Below, one piece after another: positions 11,753 through 23,098 of a stretch of 64,000 bases of DNA. Positions within the stretch are counted from its first letter, which is position 1, and each line of letters begins with the position of its first letter. This stretch comes from Scyliorhinus canicula (Eukaryota): positions 124,001 through 188,000 of the forward strand of contig NW_024055443.1 in assembly GCF_902713615.1 (NCBI RefSeq), given 5' to 3'. Under the pieces are notes generated by a model. That model did no database searches. It saw only the letters and a program-made list of their open reading frames with translations, and was not told the origin of the DNA. The translations under genes and the position numbers were made by a program.

Positions 11753-12061
11753 CTATTTTTTTGTGGATTGAAATTCTTAAAGGAGTTGGCAGGTCCTGAT
11801 GGCTCGCCACACAGTCAAACACAGCCCCACTCAGCCAGGCTTGTGTCGAGATGTTTAATTTGCTGACCACGCTCTCAGTATCTGCCCCAGGCTGGTCGGC
11901 AATCTCTGATTTCAGCGGCTTCTTCGCTTCACTCCAGGACACGTTGACTCCATAAGGAGCATTCGAAATGACGCAGGTTAAGGTTACAGTCGCCTCCAGT
12001 AAGACCTGTTCTATTGGTGGTGGCAGTATTGTTACTGAGGCATCAGTGCAAACGGAAGGAT
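11753..12061 (-). CDS. IGHM: Cmu3 exon
   Basis: CATTCACAG|AT CCT...ATA G|GTGAGC; [42 protein letters not shown]...[14 protein letters not shown]; 309 nt, phase 1/1. Confidence 0.96.
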
Positions 12062-12651
12062 CTGTGAATGAAAAAAGTCGAAATTAACCCAAGTTTGATC
12101 TTCACTCACTCAATGGGAATAAACCAACTTCGAAATATCAAACTCCAATGATCGCCTTTAATCTTCGATACACAATGGCAAACCAGTTTGGTCTGTGAAA
12201 ACTATTCTCATTGTGAAATACAGTCAGCCCCGATGTCATTCTAATGAATCAGCATTGCAGCATTCCCAATACAAATATTGCATTCCTGATCTCAGGATTT
12301 ATAAATAGATTGGATGAACTTTCCAACACGTTCCCCCTGAGCTGTTATCAGTAAAGGGTCCCAGATACCCACTGACGCTCAAATATAATCAACTGTGTCA
12401 GGATAAAGCTGACATCAAGACGATCTCACTCATTAAATTACTTCAAATTAGAGGAAACATTTATTTATATTCTAATCAAATCCCGATTGTTGAGCAATCC
12501 TAATGCAGCTCTTACATCAGAATGAAACACAAACTGCATGGCAGTAAATTAGAAGCTATTCGGTGCTTTGTACTAACTTCAGTAAATTCCTGATTTGGAT
12601 TAACATCAGAGTGCAGGATGATTTATTGTTTCCTCTGTTTGTGTCACTTAC

Positions 12652-12960
12652 CAGACGCGGTGATGTTGTGACTTTGGGTGACCTCTTGATGAGTGACCTG
12701 GCAGGTATAGACCGCTTTGCTGAACCATTCCCCAGCGGAGACTGTCAGCCGACTGCTCGCCGAGAAGTTCCCGTTCACTTCACAGGCGGGAGAGGTGACA
12801 ATTCCTGTACTCATGGGTTGTCCATTCTTCAGCCACTTCACCGTCATTGAATTTGGCTGGAAATCGATGATTGAACAGATGATGGTTGCAAATTTCTGTC
12901 TTGTGATTTCTTCACTGGAACTCACGGTGAGGAGAACATTTGGAGCATAAATTCTGCGAC
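12652..12960 (-). CDS. IGHM: Cmu2 exon
   Basis: TTTCTTGAAG|GT CGC...TCT G|GTAAGT; [40 protein letters not shown]; 309 nt. Confidence 0.96.
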
Positions 12961-13165
12961 CTTCAAGAAACACAATTAGATATTTCTTGCAGAAGAAATT
13001 GATTTTAAAAATGAGTTCCTATGCTTTAAAACATGTTTGTGGTCAATAGACACAAAGCTGGATTTTCCAGGGATCAGGAATATGCAGTTTTAAAATGAGT
13101 TATATCCAAGACCCTATATAAGGTAATCATAAGTTTCTGATTTTCACAGATTCCACAACACTTAC

Positions 13166-13465
13166 ATTTCATTCCAATGCTCTTGTCTGAGCCGCTGTGT
13201 CGAACCACACAGCTGATTTTGCTGCATTCCCCCTCTGACTCGGGGATGGTTAACTGGCTGCTCAGGGTGTAGATTCCCTTCTTGTTTCTCACTGACGGGT
13301 ATTTCTTAACTCCAGTAGTGATCGGCTGCCCATCTTTCTTCCAGGTAAGGCTGGTGATTTCTGGGGAGTAGTCCATCGCCAAACATCCAAAGGTCACGGA
13401 GCCGTCGGTGTTGTGTTGCTGGCAGGAAGAGACCAGGCTGTAGAGAGTGGGCGGAGACGGTGTCG
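13166..13465 (-). CDS. IGHM: Cmu1 exon
   Basis: TTCTCTCCCAG|CG ACA...AAA T|GTAAGT; [42 protein letters not shown]; the junction codon T+GT encodes Cys. Confidence 0.97.
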
Positions 13466-13799
13466 CTGGGAGAGAATGGCCCATTCAACAAGTTAGACTC
13501 TGGGATTGTATTTATTTAGCAACCAAACATTTCTAAATTTAACGAGAACTATGCGTTTATTCCAACATTTTCCCAATAAATGCGCCATCCACATTTCAGC
13601 TTATATTAGTTCTATCATTTGAGAACCTCCATCTGTTTGCCCCTCATTAGAAACTTACATATTTTTCTCCGTCCATATCACCTGGCAAAAACAACATTTT
13701 GATGTAATCTGAATGGTGTAAATTTCATTGGATTGAAAGTGAAGAGCGGATGATTTTTCCCATTATTTCAGCCATCATGTTCTCTAAAATGTTAACCCC

Positions 13800-13993
13800 G
13801 CCATAGACCCGGAGTCTGCTCTCTCCTTTTGAGAGCTAACTGGTGGTGATTTAACCCGAGGGCCACCACACCTCAGGCCAGGGGCAAGGTTGAGAATGGG
13901 CGTCTTTATGAATAACCTCAGCCGGTACAGCAATCGTACCCACGCTGTTGGGATCGATCTTCATCACGAACCAGCCGTCCAGCTAACTGAGCT
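13800..13993 (-). mobile_element. tRNA-derived SINE (possibly Meta-domain type); a fragment of the same core is at 2090-2150 (+)
   Basis: Minus strand AGCTCAGTTAGCTGG head and core CCTTGCCCCTGGCCTGAGGTGTGGTGGCCCTCGGGTTAAATCACCACCAG. Confidence 0.7.
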
Positions 13994-14528
13994 GTGTACG
14001 TCACAATCCAGCTAACTGAGCTGTGTGCGTCACAATCCAGCTCACTGAGCTGCGTACGTCACAATCCAGCTAACTGAGCTGCGTACGTCACAATCCAGCT
14101 CACTGAGCTGTGTACGTCACAATCCAGCTCACTGAGCTGTGTACGTCACAATCGAGCTAACTGAGCTGCGTACGGCACAATCCAGCTAACTGAGCTGCGT
14201 ACCTCACAATCCAGCTAACTGAGCTGCGTACCTCACAATCCAGCTAACTGAGCTGTGTCCGTCACAATCGAGCTAACTGAGCTGTGTACGTCACAATCGA
14301 GCTAACTGAGCTGCGTACGGCACAATCCAGCTAACTGAGCTGCGTACCTCACAATCCAGCTAACTGAGCTGTGTACGTCACAATCCAGCTAACTGAGCTG
14401 TGTCCGTCACAATCCAGCTAACTGAGCTGTGTCCGTCACAATCCAGCCAACTGAGCTGTGTCCGTCACAATCCAGCCAACTGAGCTGTGTATGTCACAAT
14501 CCAGCTAACTGAGTTGGGTACGTCACAA
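13978..14528. repeat. 19 x 29-bp tandem array (TCCAGCTAACTGAGCTGTGTACGTCACAA)
   Basis: Unit starts at 13978+29n up to 14500; 35 AGCT counted; units 7-8 recur as units 12-13. Confidence 0.97.
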
Positions 14529-15300
14529 TCAACAGCACTTTGCGATAAAGAAGTTATCACTTCATTTGTATCATTGCAGTTTGGAAATTGCCTGTTTTAA
14601 GCTGACTGCTGTCTCCCCCTCTCTCCACCTCACTACCCCCACTCCACCAAACATAGAATAGTGACGTTGCTTCATAAATATCTTCGGAATGCACGTTTAT
14701 GTAATTACCATAAAACTGTAAAGTTGAGGAATTCCAACATTCAAAAATGTTAGGATCATTCACATTAAGAGCAGGAGGCGTCCATTCTACCCGTCGAGCC
14801 CCCTCCCCCATTCAGTAAGATCCTGCCTGTGCTGATTGTGGTGTTAGCTCCACATTCCGCTTGTCACTGAGACCGGGTTGTCTGCAATCCCCCCCGCACC
14901 GCCCTGCGCTCTCTGTGTGTCCCCATCTCTCTGCCGTTCCCGCTGGATTTCTGGACAGTTCGCCTGCTTCCTTCGCTCTCTGCTCTTTTCTACGATGCTC
15001 TTCTCTTTCCGCCATCTCCTTGTGCTTTGCCCATGTGCTCTTCACTTTCCTCTGTTATTTTAAGTTTTCACGATTCCTGGCACTTTCTTCGGCCTCTTTG
15101 AGCCTTTCACCAGTATTTTGCACTTTCCCCAGATTAGTTTAACTTATATCCCACAGCATGGACTTTCTTCCTGATCACTGCAATTCTCTCAGCTCTCTGC
15201 GCCTTCCACCGGCTCTGTGCACTATCCCCGGCTCTCTGCCCTTTCGTCTGCTCTCTCTGCTTTCTACCAGCTCTCTGCCCTTTGCTACGGCTCCCTGGAC

Positions 15301-15428
15301 TTTCAGTAACACTAGCTGTGTACAGTCAGACAGCAGTGTAGATCACTGGACAGCTGCTTTAATACTTTCAGTAACACCGGCTGTGTACAGTCAGACAGCA
15401 GTGTAGATCACTGCACAGTTGCTTTAAT
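15301..15428. repeat. Two 65-bp direct repeats
   Basis: TTTCAGTAACAC..GCTGTGTACAGTCAGACAGCAGTGTAGATCACTG at 15301 and 15366. Confidence 0.85.
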
Positions 15429-16072
15429 GTCGGTGTGATTTTAATTTTGTACAAAACAATTCGGAACTGGAACAATGAACATTCCTGCAACTTAATAGAT
15501 TTTTATGCTGAAAATGGCAATTTCAGGCTGTAAAATTATTGTCATATTGTGTCAGAGAGAGTGTTTTATTCATTCTTGTGATGCAGGAGTCTCTGGCTGG
15601 GCCAGCATTTATTTCCCACCTCTCATTGCCCTTGATAAGATGGTGGTGAGCGTCATTCTTCAACCACTGCAGTCCATGTTGTGTTTGGGAGGCAGCTCCA
15701 GAATTTTGAATCATCGACAGTGAAGGAACAATGTGATATTTTGAGGTCACGATAGTGAGAGGCTTGATGGAGAAATTCCAGTTGGTGATTTTTCCATGTG
15801 TCTGCTGTCCTTGTACAGATGGTGCTGTTGTGAGTTTTGAAGATGCTGTCGAAGGAGCCATGACGAGTTCCTGCAGAGCATGTTGTAGGTGTTACACACT
15901 GCTGCCAGTGTTCCTCAGTGGTGGGGGGAGGGAGTGGTTGTCGATGGTGTGCCAATCACGGGCTACTTTGTCCTGGATGATGTTGAGTTTTTGAGTGTCG
16001 TTGGAGCTGTATTCATTCAGACAAGTGGGGAGCATTCCATCACACTCCTGGATCGTACCTTGGAGATGGTGG

Positions 16073-16210
16073 CCGTGATATGGAGATGCCGGCGTTGGAC
16101 TGGGGTGAGCACAATAAGAAGTCTCACTCAGGTGACTCACCTGATGAAGGAGTTGCGCTCCGAAAGCTAGGGATTCCAAACAAACCTGTTGGACTTTAAC
16201 CTGGTGTTGC
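16073..16210. mobile_element. Penelope-like element terminal-repeat mini-insertion (inverted junction)
   Basis: Matches PLE ends at 46053-46874 and 56100-56241; central palindrome TCAGGTGA-C-TCACCTGA; apparent 9-bp TSD AGATGGTGG (16064-16072 / 16211-16219). Confidence 0.8.
16138..16172 (+). ncRNA. Minimal hammerhead ribozyme motif (PLE), stem I imperfect
   Basis: CAC-CTGATGA-A-GGAGT-TGC-GCTCC-GAA-AGCT-A-GGG. Confidence 0.55.
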
Positions 16211-16809
16211 AGATGGTGGACAGGCTTTGGGGCGGCAGGAGTTGTTTTTGTTGCAGAATTCCGAGTCTCTGACCTCTTGTCACAGCCACACAATGTATAT
16301 GGCGAGTCCAGTTCAGTTTCTGGTCAATGGTCAGCAGGAGATTCAGCGATGGTAATTCCATTGAATGGCATTGGGGTGATCGTTCGATCTTCACTTGTTT
16401 GAGATGTCCATTGCGTGCACTTGTCTGGTGCGAATGTTCCTTTCCCCTTGTCAGCCCAAGCCTGGATATAGTCCAGATCTTGCTGCATTTAGCAATGGAC
16501 TGCTTCAGTAACTGCGGAGTCATGAATGGTGCTGAACATCGTTCAATGATCAGCCAAAATCCCCACTTCTGACTTTTGGAAGGTCATTGCTGAAGCAGCT
16601 AAAGATGGCGGGGCCGACACTGAGGAACCCCTGCAGTGATGTCCTGGAACTGAGATGATCGACCTCCAGAAACCAAAACCATCTTCGCTCGGTATGATTC
16701 AAACCAGCGGGGAATTTCCCCCCGATTGCCATAAACTTCAGTTTTGCTCGGGGTCCTTAATGCAACACTGGTTCAAATGTTGCCTTGATGTCACGAACAG
16801 TCACTCTCA

Positions 16810-18530
16810 GCTGTCTGTGTGTTATTGTATGTGTGTATCCATGTGTGCGTGTTCCTAGGTGTTCGTGTGTGTGTGTGTGTGTGCGTTCCTGTGTTTGTGC
16901 GTATCCCTCTGTATCCCTGTGTGCGTGGTCCTGTGTGTCTGTGAGCGTGTGCGTCTGTTTCTGTCTGTGTGTTGCTGTGTGTGATGAGTGTGCGTTTGCT
17001 TCTGAGTGTGTGTATACGTGTGTGTGTTTCCTTGCGTGTGTGTGTTGCTGTTTTGCGCGTCTGAGTGTAAGTGTGTGTGAACATATGTGTGTGTTCCTGG
17101 GTGTCCCTATGTGTGTGTTCCTGTGTGTGTGTGAGAAAGAGAGATAGGCAGAGTACATGTATGGATGTGAGATAGGTGTTAGAGGGAGAATAAAAGAATG
17201 TGCAAGGGAGAGTTTCTGTGTGAGTGTGTGTGAGGGGATGTGTGTGTGTGAGATTTTGTGTGTGGGTGAGAGAGGCAATGTGTGTGAGAGTGTGTGTAAA
17301 TGGCAGATTGTGTGCGTGAGTTCGAGATAGTGTGTGTATGTGAGTGTGTGTGAGAAATTAGAGAGTGTGTGTGAGAAATTAAAAATTAGAGTGTGTACCT
17401 CAGATAGTGAGAGAGAGACCACGTGTGTCAGAGAGAGACAGAATGTGGGGGCACGTTTGTGTGTTTCTCCGAACGTGTGATCGAGTATGCCAAAGAACAT
17501 GTCTGAGTTTGAGTGAAAGAAAGTGTATTCACGAGGTATGTGTGTACCAGTGTGTGTGTGTGTGTGTGAGAGAGAGAGAAATAAGTGCTTGTGTGAGTAT
17601 GTATGTGTTTGTGTATGAGAGTGTGCATGTGCGAAAGAGAGAGATTGTGGGTGAGAGAGACACGTGACACAGTGTGCATGAGAGAGAGAGCAGGTGAGAG
17701 AATGTATGTGTGTGACAGGGTGCGTGTGTGTGTCTGTGGAAGTGTGTGTGAGAGAAAGGGAGAGAGATAGTATGTTTGAGATTGTGTGTGTGAAAGAAGG
17801 AATGATTCTGTTTGAAGAGCGATTATGGATGTAAGACTGTGTGAGAGAGAGAGAGATCTGTGTGTCTGAGATAGTGTGTCTGTGATAGAGAGGGAGTGTG
17901 TGAGAGAAAGAATGTGCGTATGAGAGAGTGTGTGTGTCAGAGAGAGAGGGAATATGAGAGAGTGAGATACCGCATGCCTGAAAGAGAGAGATAGATTGTT
18001 TGTCAGAGAGAGAGAATGAGACAGTGTCCACGAGAGAGAGGGCATGTGCCAGGGTGCACGTGTGAGAGTGCGTGAGATTGAGAGGATAATAATATGTTGG
18101 CGAGTTTGTGTGCGTCTGAGAAATTGTGTATGTATCAGAGGGAATGCGTGTGAGAGAGAGCCTGAAAGAAAACATGTGGTGTTTGAAGAGCGATTATGCA
18201 TGTATGTGAGGGAGAGGGTCTGTGTGTTTGAGCGTGGGTGAGAGAGAGAGAGAGGCAAGGTGTATCAGAGAGATTTGGTGAAAGAGAGTGCGTGTGCGAT
18301 AGAGCGTGTGTGAGTGAGAGCGTGTGAGCGAATGTGTGTGTGAGAGAGGCAGATCGTCACAGTGTGTCTGAGAGTGAGATTGTGAGAATCATTGTGTGCG
18401 AGGCACAGTGTGTATGTTTGAAAGAAGTATTGTGATTATGTGTGTGAGAGAATGAGTTTGTGTGAGGATGAGAGAGAATGTGTGTGAGAGAGCGAGAGTG
18501 TGTATATGTTTCTGTCGATGTATGAGTGCA
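16810..18530. repeat. Long (TG)n/(GA)n low-complexity tract in the J-Cmu1 intron
   Basis: Source of the 472-aa and 276-aa H/T/S/L-rich spurious ORFs. Confidence 0.9.
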
Positions 18531-18544
18531 CCAAAACCTGCAAA

Positions 18545-18775
18545 TTCCCTTCCAAGACACTCACCATCCTGATTTAGGAATACACCGCCATTCCTTCACT
18601 GTCGCCGAGTCAAAATTCTGGAACTCCCTCCCTGACAATATCGCGGATATCCCTCCGCAACATGGACTGCAATTATTCAAGGATGTTTCACATCTAAACT
18701 TTCCGGGGGGACACTTAGGCATATATAATAAAATCTAGCCTTGCCAGCGCCTCCAGAATCCTAGGATAGGATTAA
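18545..18775 (+). mobile_element. CR1-group LINE 3' end
   Basis: HHPDLGIHRHSFTVAESKFWNSLP...; same family as 15575-16800. Confidence 0.75.
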
Positions 18776-20859
18776 AAATAAAATGCAAAGGGATTTCTCC
18801 GCTGCACTGACCCATTAAATAGATCAAGAATTACAATAGCACGGAATGTAACCCAGTAAATCTCTCTCTGCGTTGCCTAATCGAAAATTCCCAAGACCAA
18901 TATATCACTGCTTAAAAATCAACCAAATCTCCTTCTCCAGGTTGTCTGGCGTTGCTGAATTCTTTCTGTCACAATCTGGATGAGGAATCACCTTTCTGAG
19001 TCGCCTTGTCAAACATCAAGTAAAATTTTCACATTTCTCACAGATACAAGTTTTATTGAAGGACTTGATCAAATTGCACTCCCTGAAATACTGGAAAATG
19101 AAGTAGAAGATTTACAACCAGTCAGGAAGATTCCTGGTCCCAGCACAGTGACCGCGCGCACAGAAACTGAACAGACATAAATGGCAACAATCGAGTTCCA
19201 GCAGATAGATCTGTTCAATCTGTCAGTTTCATGAAACTGTTTGATTCTAATTGATCAATGGTCAACTTCCGACAACAATAATTCAGTAATTTATTTTAAA
19301 TTAAACTGACATTAATTTCAATATCATATTCGACTTTTAACTATTTTTCCCTGTCTGTCTCAAATCTCGATAATTGGGCAAAAAGTAGTTTTGCTGAAAA
19401 TGAGCAGATTAAATATTACAGATTCAGGGTAGATTAATGACGGAACAGAGACTCAGTGACAGGGCAATAATTAAACAAACCAGAAAATATTCACATTACC
19501 CACTGATATGATCTAAATCACAATTAAATGTAATCAGCAAAAGAATCAGAGCAAAAGACTGTAATCAGCAAAAGAGTTTAGCTGTACACAGCAGTGTAAA
19601 GAAATGTATTGTTTCCTAAATTCATTTCAGATATTATTAAAGTTCTCTAAAACATTTGAGATATTGCCAGGATACAACTCAATTGTAGGAGGTCATTTAT
19701 GTTGAATTAATTCTCACTGATATTGTATTGTAAGTTATTGTTAATTGTCAGCTAATTCTTTATTCGATTATCTGTACTATAATAATAAATATAATAAAAA
19801 TAGCTTTCAATAATCCCTAATTTATTTTACCCAGAGCTTTATGAAATAATTGGGGTTTAATTAAAACAACCTGACAATCAAACAATGTTGAGCAATAAAC
19901 TCCAAATTACTAGATGGAAACATCTTAACATTTAATTGACTGTATTCACATTTTAATTTTTTTACTCCAATTGCCCAATTAACCTACAAATGTGTAAAAT
20001 CTGCGCCTTTCTGAACACATTGATAAATCATAAACTCCATCTATTCTCAGAAAGTAATGAATATAACGAGACCAGCTCAGTAATGTTTATTCAAATCATT
20101 TGTAAAACTGACCCATTATGAGCAAGTAGCGTCGACAATTTGATGTTGAATTTAGCATTTAATAAAATTTAAGCCTAAAGCTAAGATATAACCATTCCTT
20201 CTTTCCTATCATCTGTTTTCCTATAATTCTATCGTGTGTAGAGCACAGCTATGGGAGACAGGATGTCATTATAAAATGCAAAGGTACTGTTAACCTTTTG
20301 TAAATAAATAAATCGGTTTGACATTCAAGCTTTTACTTTTCAATCTCTTGCCATAGGCAATCTGAACTTTCCTATAATACAAATAAAATCATGGGAACAA
20401 TTCCTTGATTGGCAGCGACTTCCACATCTCAGAAACCTGTTTAAGATTAGATTAATGATAATTACCTCGCTATCCAACTACGCATTACAGTGAAGGGATA
20501 ATATGGTTGCAGCGCCACAGAAATAATAGAATAACTGGAATTACAAAGTATTTCCAGCCTAGAAACCTGTCCGGTCATGTTAACCTCGTGCAGAACACAG
20601 CAGGATTGTAAAAGGTGATTAATGATGAATTATATTAATATATAATAAGCTTTGGTTAATATGGAGTTGTATCACCGCATTGCAATTGTTTGAATTATAT
20701 AAATGTTACTATGTTCGGCATGGGCGTTTCAGTCATTATTTCGTTTAATCTGGAATCTTCAGTTAAAATAACAAAATGCATCAACATATCTTTATTAGAT
20801 TATTTTCTTAAGCCTGGCTGTTTTCTCCGGACATTCGCCCTTCAAGCATTTTCAAAAGC

Positions 20860-22200
20860 CGAGACTGTTTGCATTCAACCAGAAAACGTGTAACCGCTCA
20901 GTGTCACCGAGTTTAAACAATGCAGAAACAATGCAGAAACGCTGAACCGTTTGACAGATCTGAATCATTTAAAGCCACCCAGATACACAATCTCCTCAAC
21001 AGAACAAAACACAAAATCACATCAATGAAGGACTGAAACCCGTTTATGGAGAAGCAGCTCAATTCTACATCGAACAGGATCAAACTTAACATTGTAGGAA
21101 AATATCAATATCCAGCAAACCAGCTCGTAACCAAATGTATGAATTATTAAACTAAACAGAAATGTGGAATAACAGCAATAGCATTGCGAGGTGCTCGAAT
21201 ATTAACAACAAATAAATATTGAAACTTAACCATTTTTTTCATACTGAGTCATTTTTCAAACACATTTAAATGCTTTTAATGTTTACAGTTGATGGTAAAA
21301 GCTGCAACCATCAGATGCCACCGAGATTAAACTTTGCACAAACGGCAAACTGATTGCAGCAACAACTTGTGCTCGGAAAGGATTTGTGGTAAAACGTGGC
21401 TTAGTTTAATCTGCAATTTTCACTTTTTTTTCAAGATGCAGAAACAGCCTCCCTGTTCTCTGCCGACAATCCTGCGACAAGCAGTTTCAAACACGCAGAC
21501 TCTTTGTATTCAATCACAAACCGTGTAACCGCTCAGTGTCACCGAGTTGAAACAATACAGACACACCAAACCGTTTCACAAACTTTTCTACACAAAGTCA
21601 CCCAAAAACATTCCTCAGCAGGAAAACACCAAATCACATCACTGAAGGAGTGAAACATCATGGAGAAACAGCTCAATTCTACAAACACTTTCAACAGAAC
21701 CAAATGTAACATTGCAAGAACATCTCAATTTAGAGCACCAAACCCTCATGTCATCAAATGAATGAACAGGTAAACTAAACAGAAAACTTGAATAATATCA
21801 TCAGCACTTTCAGTAAGCAGAACATGTTCAATAAGATAATACAGAAACTTTAGCACATTTTGTCAATGTTGGGTTCGATCTCAAACACTTGTGCGGAAGA
21901 CGGTACAAACTGCAGGCATTAGATAGAACCGAGATTAAACATGGGGTAAAAACAGACGTTTTGTATTTAAAGTAACCCAGCCACACAGTATCCTCAGCAA
22001 ATAAACACCAAATCACAGCAAACAGGGACTGAATCCCTCAGCAGCATCCTTCTGTCAAGAAACCGCGGGATTCTATATCCCCCTTTCAGCAGAATCAAAT
22101 GAAACATTGCAACAACATCTCAATACATGATCCACCAAAACACATTTCAGTGAACGAATGGATTTTGAAAATGCAGAAAAATTTAAAACAAATACAGTAA
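20860..22200. repeat. Diverged triplicated module immediately 3' of JH
   Basis: 27-nt identity CGTGTAACCGCTCAGTGTCACCGAGTT at 20887 and 21522; CCTCA.CA..AAACAC.AAATCACA blocks near 21000, 21620 and 22000. Confidence 0.7.
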
Positions 22201-22231
22201 CACAGTTGGTAAATAATGGAATGGTTCTTAC

Positions 22232-22279
22232 CTGTAGTCACCGTCACCATGGTGCCTTGTCCCCAGTAGTCGAAGTAGT
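22232..22279 (-). CDS. IGHJ: JH segment (YFDYWGQGTMVTVTT)
   Basis: ACTACTTCGACTACTGGGGACAAGGCACCATGGTGACGGTGACTACAG|GTAAG; WGxG motif; phase 1 to Cmu1. Confidence 0.97.
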
Positions 22280-22318
22280 CACAGTGTCACATTCCCTGGG
22301 CAGCTCCATACAATAACC
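22280..22318 (+). promoter_or_regulatory. JH 23-RSS
   Basis: CACAGTG 22280-86, 23-nt spacer, ACAATAACC 22310-18. Confidence 0.95.
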
Positions 22319-22640
22319 GTACCTGCACAATATAGACAGAAATCCACCATTATTTTAAACATCCACAAACCAACGGCAAAGAGAATCCACAATTACTTTT
22401 CAGGAAATTATATTAATATTTGTGGATACCGTTCTCTCTTCATAAATGACCGAATGTTTTATATTTCACAGACATGGAAATGTAATTGAAAACACCAACT
22501 GTGACTAAATAACGACCACCAGTTTTCCACATTAATTCTTATTACTTAGGCAGTGATGGACATAATTAATGCTTCACTGTGAATAAAGTTGGATTGTAAA
22601 AGCGAGCACTGAGCCAGCCTCAGTTAATTAGTGCTGAGGG

Positions 22641-22706
22641 GCTTTTTGTATTGACAGTAACTGCTGTGCCCCAGGTATCACAGTGAGACACAGCATGTCA
22701 AATACT
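22641..22706 (-). other. DH2: D2 segment (coding 22669-22678, ATACCTGGGG) flanked by 12-RSS / 12-RSS
   Basis: 3' RSS CACAGCA-12-ACAAAAAGC (minus, 22668-22641); 5' RSS CACAGTG-12-TCAAATACT (plus, 22679-22706). Confidence 0.92.
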
Positions 22707-23017
22707 GCGGCAGACTGTTAACTGTAAATACAGAGATTTAATTTCACTGCTCCCTCAAAAAACTAACTCTGTCTCTTCCAAGAGCGAATGGATGAGTTAT
22801 TTCAGCTTGTCCTGGTCATTACATTTATAAAGAGGATGGGAACACTTTTAAACCCTCTGTACAGATTTAGCGAGTCGGCGAACAGTGATAAAGTGGAAAA
22901 TTTTTATACCTTTTTGCAAACTAATATTACTTCCAAACGTTGTTTTATTTAAAATTCATTTACATTGACAATCCTGCTGTGGCGCTGATCACCAATTTGA
23001 ACAAACTCTATCACTGA

Positions 23018-23098
23018 GGTTTTTGTATGAAGATGTCGCTGTGCACAGCACTGTGACCCACTGCTGTAGTCACTGTGACAGACACCCGCACAAAAACT
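23018..23098 (-). other. DH1: D1 segment (coding 23056-23070, ACTACAGCAGTGGGT) flanked by 12-RSS (5') and 22/23-RSS (3')
   Basis: 3' RSS CACAGTG-22-ACAAAAACC (minus, 23055-23018); 5' RSS CACTGTG-12-ACAAAAACT (plus, 23071-23098). Confidence 0.93.

Larger units (their letters stand above)
15575..16800 (-). mobile_element. CR1-group LINE (QQDLDNIQAWAD..QKLNWT family), 3' part, interrupted by a PLE
   Basis: Frameshifted RT C-terminus LLTIDQKLNWTRHI..GQRLGIL..PQSLSTI and HHHLIKGN*. Confidence 0.85.

Noticed and set aside
13978-14528. CRISPR-like periodic array
   Set aside because: Head-to-tail repeats without unique spacers, in a vertebrate intron; this is a minisatellite.
16757-18258. 472-aa and 276-aa ORFs
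   Set aside because: Translations of (TG)n/(GA)n low-complexity DNA; the ORFs at 6872-7365 and 49659-50109 have the same cause.
19144-19168. Cryptic RSS CACAGTG...ACAGAAACT in the J-C intron
   Set aside because: The spacer is 9 nt, not 12 or 23, and there is no adjacent segment.
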